From assembly GCA_041551965.1 (NCBI GenBank), contig JBFELU010000002.1, positions 5,829-69,828 of the forward strand: 64,000 nt of DNA. Reading direction: 5' to 3'. Positions 56,452 to 64,000 of the stretch are shown here, piece after piece. Made by a program: the position numbers and the translations under genes. A model generated the notes under the pieces. That model made no database searches, was not told the DNA's origin, and saw nothing but the letters and a program-made list of their open reading frames with translations. Numbering within the stretch: the stretch's first letter is position 1; each line of letters starts with the position of its first letter. The stretch is from Acidimicrobiia bacterium (GTDB taxonomy: Bacteria > Actinomycetota > Acidimicrobiia > Spongiisociales > UBA11373).

Positions 56452-57104
56452 GCCGACGAGGCTGCCGATCGCTTCCAGATCGCCCAGTGCCACATCGGCG
56501 TGGTGGCGGCGGCAACCCGCTCGAAGCCGGCCCGTCGGATCCTTTCGTCGATCGCCTCCGGATCATGCACGAACACCCGGAAATCGATTCGCCGGAGCCG
56601 AAGCAGGAGGTTGAGGAACCCAAACTGGAGCTCGACCCACCATCGCTTGCGGGGGTAGCTGAAGGCCGCCACCGAGGTGGCATGGCCCAGGGCAGTGTCG
56701 ACCAGGGCCGGCATGTCGGGATAACAGCAGACGACCCGGTTCAGAAACACCACGTCGGCAGGGGCGACGTCGGGGGCCAAGTGCACGAAGTCGCCGCTCA
56801 GTCGAGTGAAGCGCCCCCCGAACCCGGATCCGGTCAGCAAGCCTTCGGCTTCCGCGATGGTCTCGGTGGACAGATCCACACAGACCGTGGAAGCGGCGCC
56901 GCGGCGCAGCATCTCCAACTGGGCCACCCCACTCCCTCCGCCGACTTCGAGCACCGTCGATCCCTCCAGGAGTCCCCCCAAACCATCGACCATCGGCTTC
57001 GCCGTCGAGTCCAGGCCGCGGCGGCCGAAGTCGTCGATCTGGCGCCGGGCCCAACGCCGGGTGAAGACCCGGTCGTAGGGGCCGGGGTCACAGCAGCTGC
57101 TCAT
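56448..57104 (-). CDS. Class I SAM-dependent methyltransferase
   Basis: VLEVGGGSGVAQLEMLRRGAASTVCVDLS is methyltransferase motif I, followed by the post-I acidic residue and motif II (VVFLNRVV). Confidence 0.75.
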   Translation of the reverse strand: MSSCCDPGPYDRVFTRRWARRQIDDFGRRGLDSTAKPMVDGLGGLLEGSTVLEVGGGSGVAQLEMLRRGAASTVCVDLSTETIAEAEGLLTGSGFGGRFTRLSGDFVHLAPDVAPADVVFLNRVVCCYPDMPALVDTALGHATSVAAFSYPRKRWWVELQFGFLNLLLRLRRIDFRVFVHDPEAIDERIRRAGFERVAAATTPMWHWAIWKRSAASSA

Positions 57105-57196
57105 GCTGGCGGACCATAACGCCCTGTGGAATGCGTTGCTCCCTCCCCGGGTTAATCTCGATGAGCAATATTTAGCGCTAAGGAAGAGAGAGACCG

Positions 57197-57412
57197 ATGA
57201 CCTCCGTTCGTGAAGCCCTCTCGGGCCTCAAATTGCGCCGCCCCGATCCGATCGAGAAGATCAAGCTCGCTTTCCTGGCGGCCGGGTTCGTCTCATTCGT
57301 GTTGTCCGTGTCCCTGTGGTTCTTCGTCGACAAGAGCCAAGGGCTCTTCGTCGGCCTCTGGGTACCGGCCATCCACTCCCTGGGCACCCTCGTGCTGGCG
57401 GGCCGCTCATGA
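57197..57412 (+). CDS. Small two-TM membrane protein
   Basis: 71 aa. Good Shine-Dalgarno (AAGGAAGAGAGAG) 6 nt upstream, in a lower-GC leader. High GC3. Confidence 0.5.
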   Translation: MTSVREALSGLKLRRPDPIEKIKLAFLAAGFVSFVLSVSLWFFVDKSQGLFVGLWVPAIHSLGTLVLAGRS

Positions 57413-57549
57413 GCGACCTCGTCATCTTCATCGCCGGATCGGCCGTGTTCTCGATCACTACCGGCGCCACACTGCTCTACGGCTATCTGACCTTCGCTCG
57501 CAAGGCCGACGACGAGGCGCCGGCCTACCCGGCCGACGCGACCCTCTGA
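57409..57549 (+). CDS. Small single-TM membrane peptide
   Basis: 46 aa, MSDLVIFIAGSAVFSITTGATLLYGYLTFARKADDEAPAYPADATL. ATGA overlap on both sides, so it is translationally coupled between the 71-aa protein and the SDR. Confidence 0.4.
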   Translation: MSDLVIFIAGSAVFSITTGATLLYGYLTFARKADDEAPAYPADATL

Positions 57550-58244
57550 TGGCGGCCCGCAACCTCACCGGCGCCCGGGTCGTCGTGCTCGGCGGCTCCG
57601 GGGAATTGGGGTACCGCATCGCCGGCGCCCTGGCCGCCAAGGGAGCCAGAGTCCTCCTGGCCGGCCGCGACGCCGACCGGCTGCGAGCCCGGGCGGCCGT
57701 CGTGGGGCCCGATACCCCATCGGCCGTATTCGACCTTCGGCGACCCGATCACATCCCCGCCCTCTTCGACACCGCCACCGCACTCCTGGGCGGGATCGAC
57801 GGGATCGTGAACGCCGCCGGCGTCGTCGCCTTCGGTGTGCTCGCAGACGTCGACGACACCACCATGGAGGAACTTGTCGAGGTCGACTTCACGGGTCCGC
57901 TCCGGATCATGCGGGAAGCAGCGTCGCGCCTCGATGGCGGGTTCATCGTGAACCTGACCGGCGTCGTCGCCGAGCAACCCGTCGCCGGAATGGCCCTGTA
58001 CTCCGCGGTCAAGGCCGGCCTCAGCGCGGCAACCCGGGCGGTGGCACGGGAACTCCGAAGAAGCGGCATCGACGCCATCGACATCCGGCCCCCACACACC
58101 GAGACCGGGCTCGCAGAGCGCGCCGTCGCCGGATCGGCACCCCCGATGAAGCCCGGCCTCGACCCGGACCACGTGGCCGATCGGGTGGTGTCCGCCATCG
58201 AGTCGGGGGCTCGGGAGCTCGGCGCCGCCGACTTCGGCGCCTGA
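57549..58244 (+). CDS. Short-chain dehydrogenase/reductase (SDR) family oxidoreductase
   Basis: VVVLGGSGELGYRIAGALAAKGARV (TGxxxGxG-type NAD(P) motif), NAAG, and the YxxxK-like catalytic region (YSAVKAG). Confidence 0.8.
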   Translation: MAARNLTGARVVVLGGSGELGYRIAGALAAKGARVLLAGRDADRLRARAAVVGPDTPSAVFDLRRPDHIPALFDTATALLGGIDGIVNAAGVVAFGVLADVDDTTMEELVEVDFTGPLRIMREAASRLDGGFIVNLTGVVAEQPVAGMALYSAVKAGLSAATRAVARELRRSGIDAIDIRPPHTETGLAERAVAGSAPPMKPGLDPDHVADRVVSAIESGARELGAADFGA

Positions 58245-58247
58245 GCT

Positions 58248-59732
58248 TCAGAGCTCGCCGGACCCGAGGGCTTTCTTCATCTCGGCCGCCCGCTCCCGAA
58301 CGGCATCGAGGTCTTGCAGGCGGCCGAGGCTTCCCAACACCAGCGCCATGCGGTGATTGCGTTCGAGAACCGGGCGGTGGCGGGCCAAGAAATCCCAGTA
58401 GAGCGTCGTAAAGGGGCAGGCCCGATCTCCGGTTCGGCGGGTTGGATCGAAAGGGCACCCGCCGCAGTAGTCGCTCATGCGCGAGATGTAGGCGCCGCCC
58501 GACACATACGGCTTGGAGCTCATCCCGCCGCCGTCGGCCCACATCCCCATGCCGATGACGTTCGGCACCATGACCCATTCGGCGCCGTCGACGAAGCTCG
58601 CCCACATCCACTCCAACACGGCCTGCGGCCGGACCCCGGCCAACGTCGCCAGATTGGTCAGCACCATGAGACGCTGGATGTGGTGTGCCCACCCCCGCCG
58701 GCGGACTCCGTCGAGGACATCCGCGACACATCGCATCGCAGTCTCGGCCCGGCCCTCGAAGACCGGCGGCAGCGGCCCTGTCTCCCCCAACACGTTGGAA
58801 TCGGCCATATCGGGCCGCAGCCAGTAGACACCCCACACGAACTCCCGCCATCCGATCACCTGCCGGACGAAACCCTCCGCCGACTCGATCGGCACCGCCC
58901 CGGCGCGGTAGGCGGCCTCGACGGCGTCACAGACCTCACCGGGGAGCAACAACCCGAGATTGAGATACGGACTGAGGAGGGAGTGAGCGACGTGCCAGCT
59001 GCCGGTGGTCATGGCGTCCTCGTGCGGCCCGAAGCCGGGAAGGACCTCGTCGACGAAGTGCTGGAGGCGCCGCAGGGCCCCGGCTCTCGTCGTCGCCCAG
59101 AGACCCGTCGTCGGGTCGCCCCAGGCGGTTGGGGGCAGCGAAGCCGAGACCTCCGCGTCGAGAGCGTCGAGCTCGTCGACCGGGGGTGGCGGCCACGGTG
59201 GCGGACCCTTCGGAGGCGGCTCCCGGTTCGCCCGATCGAAGTTCCACCGTCCCCCGGCCGGTTCGTCGCCATCCATCAGGTAGCCGAGCCGGCGGCGTTG
59301 TCGTCGGTAGAAGTCCTCCAATCGCAGCGTCCGCCTGCCTCTCGCCCACTCGGCGAAGTCCCGGTGATGGCACAGGAACTGATTGCTCCGGTGGAGCTCG
59401 ACCCCGAGCCCATCCAGAAGTACCCATGAAGACCGGGAGAGCGGCTCGGTCGCCACCACCCGAGAGGGTCCGAATTCCCGGAGATGGGCCTCGAGACCGG
59501 CCGCCAAGTGAGGAGCGAGCCGATAGTCGACCTCGAATCCCTCCGCCCTCCGCTCCTCGGCGAACCGACGCATCGCGGTCAGCACCAGGTGGAGCCTCTG
59601 CCGGTGGAATGGCTTCGAGTGGATCTTGGCGGCGCTCTCGACGAACAGCAGCCGCGCCCTCTCCGGCGAGGCGGCCCCGAGGGCGCCGAGCCATCGATTG
59701 AGCTGGTCGCCCAGTACCCAGACGGTCTCCAT
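58248..59732 (-). CDS. Cryptochrome/photolyase-family protein of the Fe-S cluster-containing bacterial (6-4) photolyase group (FeS-BCP/CryPro)
   Basis: 494 aa. The C-terminal four-Cys cluster YCGGCPFDP...RACPF is typical of the FeS-BCP clade, along with the FAD-binding region WREF...HHIQRLMV. Confidence 0.8.
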   Translation of the reverse strand: METVWVLGDQLNRWLGALGAASPERARLLFVESAAKIHSKPFHRQRLHLVLTAMRRFAEERRAEGFEVDYRLAPHLAAGLEAHLREFGPSRVVATEPLSRSSWVLLDGLGVELHRSNQFLCHHRDFAEWARGRRTLRLEDFYRRQRRRLGYLMDGDEPAGGRWNFDRANREPPPKGPPPWPPPPVDELDALDAEVSASLPPTAWGDPTTGLWATTRAGALRRLQHFVDEVLPGFGPHEDAMTTGSWHVAHSLLSPYLNLGLLLPGEVCDAVEAAYRAGAVPIESAEGFVRQVIGWREFVWGVYWLRPDMADSNVLGETGPLPPVFEGRAETAMRCVADVLDGVRRRGWAHHIQRLMVLTNLATLAGVRPQAVLEWMWASFVDGAEWVMVPNVIGMGMWADGGGMSSKPYVSGGAYISRMSDYCGGCPFDPTRRTGDRACPFTTLYWDFLARHRPVLERNHRMALVLGSLGRLQDLDAVRERAAEMKKALGSGEL

Positions 59733-59791
59733 GGGCTACCGAGGCTGGCACATCGGGCGCCACCGTGCCCGCCGCCGGCAGACGGCCCGAG

Positions 59792-61936
59792 CTACGGAGA
59801 ACTGCCGATCCGATGTGCGCAGTAGGCGGCCATGAGCCGCAGGGCCCGGTCGGCGCGGCGGAACACCGGGATCCCCTCTTCCAACAGTCGGCCGGCCATC
59901 GGATCGTAGAGCCGCCCGCCGTCGACCACGATCACCCAAGCGAGATCGGTCTCCCGCCACAACCCGATCATCCGCGCAACGAATGAACCCGGCTCGTCGA
60001 TCTCCAACGTGGCGAGCGCAGGGGTCATCGGCACGCAGCCCACAACCCCGACATCCACCCCCGGATCGCCGAGAACCATCCGCACTGCGCTCTCGAATCG
60101 GGCATCCCCCATCATCGGGGTCAAGTCCAGGGGGTTGCGGACTCCGACGATGCCGTCGACGCCGGCTGCCGCCAGGGTCTCGGTCAGTGCCGCCGTCGTG
60201 GCCGCGCCGAACCGAGCCAACCGGAACCCGGACGCCCGATCGGCGATGGCGACGCACTCGAACCCGGCGTTGGACACCGCACCCAGCCCATTGCCGTCGA
60301 CCCGCCGGTCCCGGAGAAGAGCCGTCAGCATCACCAGGTCCTCGAAATCGCTCAGCGAATCGGCGATGAGGACGCCGGCCCGAGCGGCCAGGGCCTCGGT
60401 GATGGCGTGATCACCGGCGACGGCCGCCGTGTGGAAGGCAGCCGATCGGGCGCCGTCGGCGCTGCGACCGCCTTGATACAGGATCACCGAACCGCCCCGA
60501 GCCCTGACGGCCGCCGCACCTTCCAGGAAGCGGCGACCGTCACCCGGACGGAATCCTTCCAGGTAGCAGGCGACCACGTCGACCTCGCGATCGCCGGCGA
60601 AGTGAACGGCGAAGTCGCCGACCGTGAGATCGATCTGGTTCCCGAGGGTCACGACGAAACGGGGCCGCAGCCAAGGCAGCCCAGCCAATCGGGCGATGGC
60701 GAACGCACCGCTCTGAGAGACCACCGCCACCGGATGCACGGATCGCCCCTCGAACCCGAGCCGCTCCGGAGGGATGAACAGCGTGTCGTAGGAACCGGGG
60801 ACCGAGATGATCCCCATGCTGTTGCTGCCGATGACGAGCGGACCTCCCCACTCGGTGCGCCGCGAGGCGCCGATCGTGTCTGTGATCGACTCCGCCAGGT
60901 CCTCGCTTCCCTCGCGCTCGCCGACGCCGCCCGGAACGAGGATCACCGACTCGGCCACCCGATCTGCAACAACCTGCTCCAGGAGCGAAGGCGCCTGCCC
61001 CGCCGCCACGCTCAGCACCAGCAAATCCACGCGATCGAGGGCGGTGAGATCTGGGACACAGCGGCATCCGTCGATCTCATCCGACCCCGGCTTCACAACG
61101 GTCACCCGATCCGGGGGATAGCCGGCGCGCAGGAGGTTGCCGAGAATGATGCGGCCCGGATTGACCGTCTTGCTGACCCCGACCACGCCGATCGACGACG
61201 GGGTCAACAGATGGCCCATCCCTTCCAGCGGGCGGGACGGAGCCACCGTCGGAGGGGTGCCGAGCCTCGCCGCCGCATCGAGGGCGATTGCGGTGCCTTC
61301 CACGAAGACGACCGGGTTGCACTCCAGTTCGAGGACGTCCTCGGGAAGATCGGCGACTCCGGAGCGGAAGCGGTCGAGGAACGGCACCAGGGCGTCGACC
61401 GGTGCCGGAGTATTGCGGAATCGGCTCGTGAGCAGACGGCCCAGGGCAGAGTCCGCCACGATGGCGGCCGGATCATCGGTCTCCAGCAGCACGATCGGGG
61501 GGGTCCCGATCAGCAGCTCGGCAAAAACCCCCCCGGGAGCCAGGGTCACCACCGGCCCGAAATCGTGAGTGCGTCTCATCCCGATGAGCAGTTCCGCCGG
61601 CGGACCGACGGCGTGGGGCACGAACTCCGCGATCAGGAAACCCCGCAAACCTCCGGCCCCATCGCCCATGGCGGCGGCGGTGGCGGCGGCGTGCTCCCTC
61701 TTCGTCACCCGCACGAGCCCCGCTTCGGTCTTGTGGATCAGTCCCGGGGCCAGTGCCTTCACCACGACCCGATCTCCCGAGAGCTCGGCGATCATCTGAG
61801 CCACTTCGTCGGGCCCCGACGCCACCACGTGACCGGGAAAGGCGACACCGAGCGTCCGTGCCAGGCCCATGGCTTCCGTCTCGATGAGCTCGGTCCTGCC
61901 CTCGGCTCGGGCCGCCGAGAGCAAGTCTCCCGTCAT
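59792..61936 (-). CDS. ADP-forming acyl-CoA synthetase (acetate--CoA ligase, NDP-forming; fused alpha/beta domains)
   Basis: 714 aa. N-terminal ATP-grasp (beta-like) domain and C-terminal CoA-binding/succinyl-CoA-synthetase-like domains (GVVGVSKTVNPGRIILGNL, GSNSMGIIS, catalytic His region). Start overlaps the iorB stop. Confidence 0.78.
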   Translation of the reverse strand: MTGDLLSAARAEGRTELIETEAMGLARTLGVAFPGHVVASGPDEVAQMIAELSGDRVVVKALAPGLIHKTEAGLVRVTKREHAAATAAAMGDGAGGLRGFLIAEFVPHAVGPPAELLIGMRRTHDFGPVVTLAPGGVFAELLIGTPPIVLLETDDPAAIVADSALGRLLTSRFRNTPAPVDALVPFLDRFRSGVADLPEDVLELECNPVVFVEGTAIALDAAARLGTPPTVAPSRPLEGMGHLLTPSSIGVVGVSKTVNPGRIILGNLLRAGYPPDRVTVVKPGSDEIDGCRCVPDLTALDRVDLLVLSVAAGQAPSLLEQVVADRVAESVILVPGGVGEREGSEDLAESITDTIGASRRTEWGGPLVIGSNSMGIISVPGSYDTLFIPPERLGFEGRSVHPVAVVSQSGAFAIARLAGLPWLRPRFVVTLGNQIDLTVGDFAVHFAGDREVDVVACYLEGFRPGDGRRFLEGAAAVRARGGSVILYQGGRSADGARSAAFHTAAVAGDHAITEALAARAGVLIADSLSDFEDLVMLTALLRDRRVDGNGLGAVSNAGFECVAIADRASGFRLARFGAATTAALTETLAAAGVDGIVGVRNPLDLTPMMGDARFESAVRMVLGDPGVDVGVVGCVPMTPALATLEIDEPGSFVARMIGLWRETDLAWVIVVDGGRLYDPMAGRLLEEGIPVFRRADRALRLMAAYCAHRIGSSP

Positions 61937-62511
61937 CGGCCGGCCGCAGCGGACCGACCCGATCGAAGAGCCCGGACGTTGGACTCCACGATCCCGGCCC
62001 CCTTCGATGCCAGGCCCTCACGAACGCACTCCTCGAGCGTCCCGAAGTCGATGGGGAGCACGACGCTGGCGGCACCGGCCATGACGACGTTGGCCGCCTT
62101 CACGGTGCCGGATTCCCTCGCCACCGCATCGGCATCGATCACCACCGAGCCGGGCACCTCATGGATTGCGTCCAGGACACGGCCGATCGACGGGTAGTCG
62201 GGGATGTTGCGAAGAGGGGAGCTCGACGTGACCACCGTGCCGCCCGGAGCGAGGTAGGCGAGGTACCTGAGCGCTTCGACGGGTTCGAGGCCGAGGATCA
62301 GTTCGGCGGTGCCGCGAGGGATCAGACCGCTCTCTATCGGCTCGGTGGCCATCCGCAGATCGGCCTGGACCGCGCCCCCCCGCTGCGCCATGCCGTGAAC
62401 CTCTCCTTGCTTGACCACCATCCCGTCGCGGCGGGCGGCCTCGGCGAGGATTGCCGCCAGGAAGAGGACGCCCTGGCCCCCGACCCCGGCGAGCACCACA
62501 TCCGTCTTCAC
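61933..62511 (-). CDS. iorB: Indolepyruvate:ferredoxin oxidoreductase subunit beta (2-oxoacid:ferredoxin oxidoreductase gamma-type)
   Basis: GTG start at 62511 overlapping the iorA TGA (GTGA). Sequence VKTDVVLAGVGGQGVLFLAAILAEAA...VHGMAQRGG is the IorB signature. Confidence 0.8.
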   Translation of the reverse strand: MKTDVVLAGVGGQGVLFLAAILAEAARRDGMVVKQGEVHGMAQRGGAVQADLRMATEPIESGLIPRGTAELILGLEPVEALRYLAYLAPGGTVVTSSSPLRNIPDYPSIGRVLDAIHEVPGSVVIDADAVARESGTVKAANVVMAGAASVVLPIDFGTLEECVREGLASKGAGIVESNVRALRSGRSAAAGR

Positions 62512-64000
62512 CGGCCGGCCCCACCGGTGGCGCGACGCCGCTTCTTGACCGCCTCGATGCACTCCCTCACCACGATGATCACCGACAGCCCACGATGCTC
62601 GATCTCCTTACGCACCAGCGCTGCCAACTCCTCGACGCGAGAGGGTTTCATCTCCATGGTGTGAACGTGGGCCGGGTCGGCTCCCACGCCGCGAACCATC
62701 GAGTCGAGCTGCGATCCCGGCAGGACGGTCGGCTGGAGCCCGGTCATGGCAATCGTGCCGTTGTCGAGGATCACGAGGGTCATGTCGGTGTCGGCGGCAA
62801 CCGCGTCCATGAGGGGGGTGACCCCGGAGTGCAGGAACGTGCTGTCGCCGATCACCGCCAAGGCGGGACGAAGCCCGGCATCCGAGGCTCCCTTGGCCAT
62901 GCCGACCGAGGCACCCATGCAGACACACGATTCGATGGCCTCGTACGGCGGGAGCGCGCCGAGCGTGTAACAGCCGATGTCGGCGGTGACCACCGGCTCG
63001 TCGACGGTGGCGAGGGCCGCGGCGATGGCGTCGTACGCATCGGCGTGCGGGCATCCCCGGCAGAGCTGCGGCGGACGGGCCGGCAGTTCGAGGCCGCCGA
63101 ACGAGATCTCTTCGCGAGGGGGAAGCCCCAGAGCCGCCCGCACCGTGTCGGGTGTCAGCTCGCCGTCGAGGGGCAACGCTCCATCTTCCTTGCCCCGGAT
63201 CTCCCAGCGGTGCGGAAGCACGCCGCGCAGAGCCCTCTCCACGAAGGGGTATCCCTCCTCGACCACCAGGATTCGGTCGACCCGCTCCGCCAATAGCACC
63301 AATGCATCGGATGGAATCGGGTAGGCCCCGATGTGGAGGTGCTCGGGCGTTTCCGCCAGATCGGAGAGGTTCTCCTGGTAGTAGTTGCGGGCGATGCCCG
63401 TCGTGACGACGCCGAGGCGCCCCCCATCCCCCGGCCGGAACACGTTGTGGGGGGTGGCTTCAGTGAAAGCACGCAGCTCGTCCTGGAGATCGAGTAGCCC
63501 TCGCCACAAGCGACGAGAGGCCGATGGAAGAAGGGTCCAATCGGCGGCACGGCTGGTGCGGCCGAGCGGGTTCTGGGACCGGGGCTCGGTGGGATGGACG
63601 AGTGCCCGGCCGTGGCACAGGCGAGTGACGAGCCGCACCACGACGGGGATATGGAAGCGCTCCGAAAGGTCGAAGGCCTCCCGCGTCATGGCGTAGGCCT
63701 CGTCCTGCGTCGCCGGCTCGAGACACAGGATGCGGGCGAAATCGGCCAGCCAGCGACTGTCCTGCTCGTTCTGGGAGGAGTGCATTCCCGGATCGTCGGC
63801 CACGGCCACGACGAGTCCCCCGGTGATGTCCACGAGCGCCGAGTTCACGAAGGGGTCGGCGGCGACGTTGAGCCCGACATGCTTCATCGAGACCAGGGCC
63901 CGGCGCCCCGCCATCGACACCCCCAGCGCCTGCTCGTAGGCGGTCTTCTCGTTGACGCACCAATGGGCCACTACTCCCCGATCGGTGGCGTGGGCCTCCA
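62508..64000 (-). CDS. iorA: Indolepyruvate:ferredoxin oxidoreductase subunit alpha (partial; N-terminus beyond the window end)
   Basis: TPP-binding region ADIGCYTLGALPPY...GDSTFLHSG and the CRGCPH ferredoxin-like Cys motif. The frame stays open to position 64000. The Met at 63971 is internal, since the N-terminal TPP/ferredoxin domain of IorA is missing. Confidence 0.85.
   Translation of the reverse strand, partial: EAHATDRGVVAHWCVNEKTAYEQALGVSMAGRRALVSMKHVGLNVAADPFVNSALVDITGGLVVAVADDPGMHSSQNEQDSRWLADFARILCLEPATQDEAYAMTREAFDLSERFHIPVVVRLVTRLCHGRALVHPTEPRSQNPLGRTSRAADWTLLPSASRRLWRGLLDLQDELRAFTEATPHNVFRPGDGGRLGVVTTGIARNYYQENLSDLAETPEHLHIGAYPIPSDALVLLAERVDRILVVEEGYPFVERALRGVLPHRWEIRGKEDGALPLDGELTPDTVRAALGLPPREEISFGGLELPARPPQLCRGCPHADAYDAIAAALATVDEPVVTADIGCYTLGALPPYEAIESCVCMGASVGMAKGASDAGLRPALAVIGDSTFLHSGVTPLMDAVAADTDMTLVILDNGTIAMTGLQPTVLPGSQLDSMVRGVGADPAHVHTMEMKPSRVEELAALVRKEIEHRGLSVIIVVRECIEAVKKRRRATGGAGR

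Overview
This is a ~70% GC actinobacterial chromosomal segment. The window carries a mycothiol-type GT4, Rex, class II NrdJ, a menaquinone-type nuo operon and b6c-type complex III, which points to Acidimicrobiia-like Actinobacteria. Coding density is about 95%, and genes overlap with ATGA/GTGA start-stop junctions throughout. The supplied ORF track uses the longest ATG/GTG/TTG ORF, so many N-termini are over-extended; I re-derived starts where the homology made them clear.

Minus strand, 1-11.2 kb: the nuoLKJIHGFEDCBA genes of the complex I operon (nuoL partial at the window edge).

11.4-17.4 kb: a single 1996-aa ORF. It encodes a receptor-like membrane protein: a cytoplasmic HD-GYP c-di-GMP phosphodiesterase domain, a transmembrane helix, then about 1600 aa of extracellular cadherin-like/VCBS tandem repeats with an inserted lamin-tail domain. 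It sits between nuoA and a geranylgeranyl reductase. This is the most unusual element in the window.

17.5-27.4 kb: a divergent respiratory island.
- On the minus strand, a fused CcoN-CcoO-like protein whose catalytic His ligands appear to be missing, followed by a CcoP-like monoheme cytochrome c.
- On the plus strand, a b6c-type menaquinol:cytochrome c reductase operon: membrane protein, 2[4Fe-4S] ferredoxin, cytochrome b6, subunit IV, Rieske protein, diheme cytochrome c, small TM protein.
- A ~25-aa motif (LLRRSAEAKAKAxGrPVEEiLAElKGEA) occurs once at the N-terminus of the CcoP-like cytochrome and three times in tandem at the N-terminus of subunit IV.

The remainder holds mostly housekeeping genes:
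- redox, cofactor and repair: rex, a glutaredoxin-like protein, a SAM hydroxide adenosyltransferase, a Clp1-like P-loop kinase, an FeS-BCP photolyase, alkA, a SAM methyltransferase and an SDR;
- a Zur/znuABC locus with a triple-repeat lipoprotein;
- the nrdJ region (nrdJ behind NrdR-box-like palindromes, a renal-type dipeptidase, thrC);
- an iorAB plus ADP-forming acyl-CoA synthetase operon;
- the 30.5-36.8 kb minus-strand gene run (mshA-like GT4, GNAT, asparaginase II, an RsiG-like coiled-coil protein with two [DE]x3Sx2Rx3[HF]x3D motifs, an M23 peptidase, a MoaD-GG domain fused in frame to a membrane domain).

No rRNA, tRNA, CRISPR or mobile elements were found.
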